Assembly: GCA_041664925.1 (NCBI GenBank)
Contig: JBAYJV010000001.1
Coordinates: forward strand, 213,438 to 277,437
Reading direction: 5' to 3'
Origin: Minisyncoccota bacterium
GTDB taxonomy: Bacteria > Patescibacteriota > Minisyncoccia > JBAYJV01
Length of the DNA stretch: 64,000 nucleotides
Shown one piece after another: positions 63,872-64,000 of this stretch. Both the position numbers and the translations under genes were made by a program. Below the pieces are notes generated by a model. It ran no database searches, had not been told where the DNA came from, and saw nothing but the letters and a program-made list of their open reading frames with translations. How positions within the stretch are numbered: position 1 is the first letter of the stretch; every line of letters starts with the position of its first letter.

Positions 63872-64000
63872 TTACTTTCTTGAAATGGTCATTTGTATTC
63901 CTTTAGGATTGTTCTTTGGTGCTTGCTCTACATTGTATGCCTCTGATATCTTAGAGAGAAAATTGTTAAGCTTTTCTTTAATTACATCTATGTGTGCTTT
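63872..64000 (-). CDS. infC: Translation initiation factor IF-3 (C-terminal part)
   Basis: Open frame ..KAHIDVIKEKL..VEQAPK..GIQMTISRK*; infC-rpmI-rplT synteny. Confidence 0.75.
   Translation of the reverse strand, partial: KAHIDVIKEKLNNFLSKISEAYNVEQAPKNNPKGIQMTISRK

Noticed and set aside
1-64000. Prophage, or alternative genetic code 25
   Set aside because: No structural, terminase or integrase genes; conserved genes (tsaC, leuS, yebC, ruvC) end at TGA and have no internal TGA

Overview
AT-rich bacterial chromosomal segment. Gene content and style suggest Patescibacteria/CPR, Parcubacteria-like; this is an inference. TGA serves as a stop, so standard code 11 applies. The housekeeping backbone is nusB, rpmF, tsaC, idi, yvcK, glmS, leuS, rpmH-rnpA-yidC, efp, udg, rubrerythrin-desulfoferrodoxin, yebC-ruvC, two class A PBPs, a Clp ATPase, polX and infC-rpmI-rplT, plus four tRNAs and a probable 6S RNA. 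Most backbone genes lack Shine-Dalgarno sites. Interspersed among them are about 20 ORFan 'mini-cassettes', most with a sigma70 promoter, often a boxA-like AGTTCTT, a strong GGAGG and a terminator. Eight leaders, including that of glmS, share a covarying two-hairpin RNA motif that I cannot assign to a known family; this is the best candidate for an undescribed system. Also present: heptamer-repeat tracts (flanking a four-helix-bundle gene, as empty intergenic hairpins, and in-frame inside LeuS), tiny nested palindromic insertion elements, a tRNA relic split in its T-loop, an orphan structured ncRNA, and a riboswitch/attenuator-like leader upstream of a double ATP-grasp ligase. No integrase, transposase, reverse transcriptase or CRISPR array was seen. 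All calls come from reading the sequence by eye; no searches were run.
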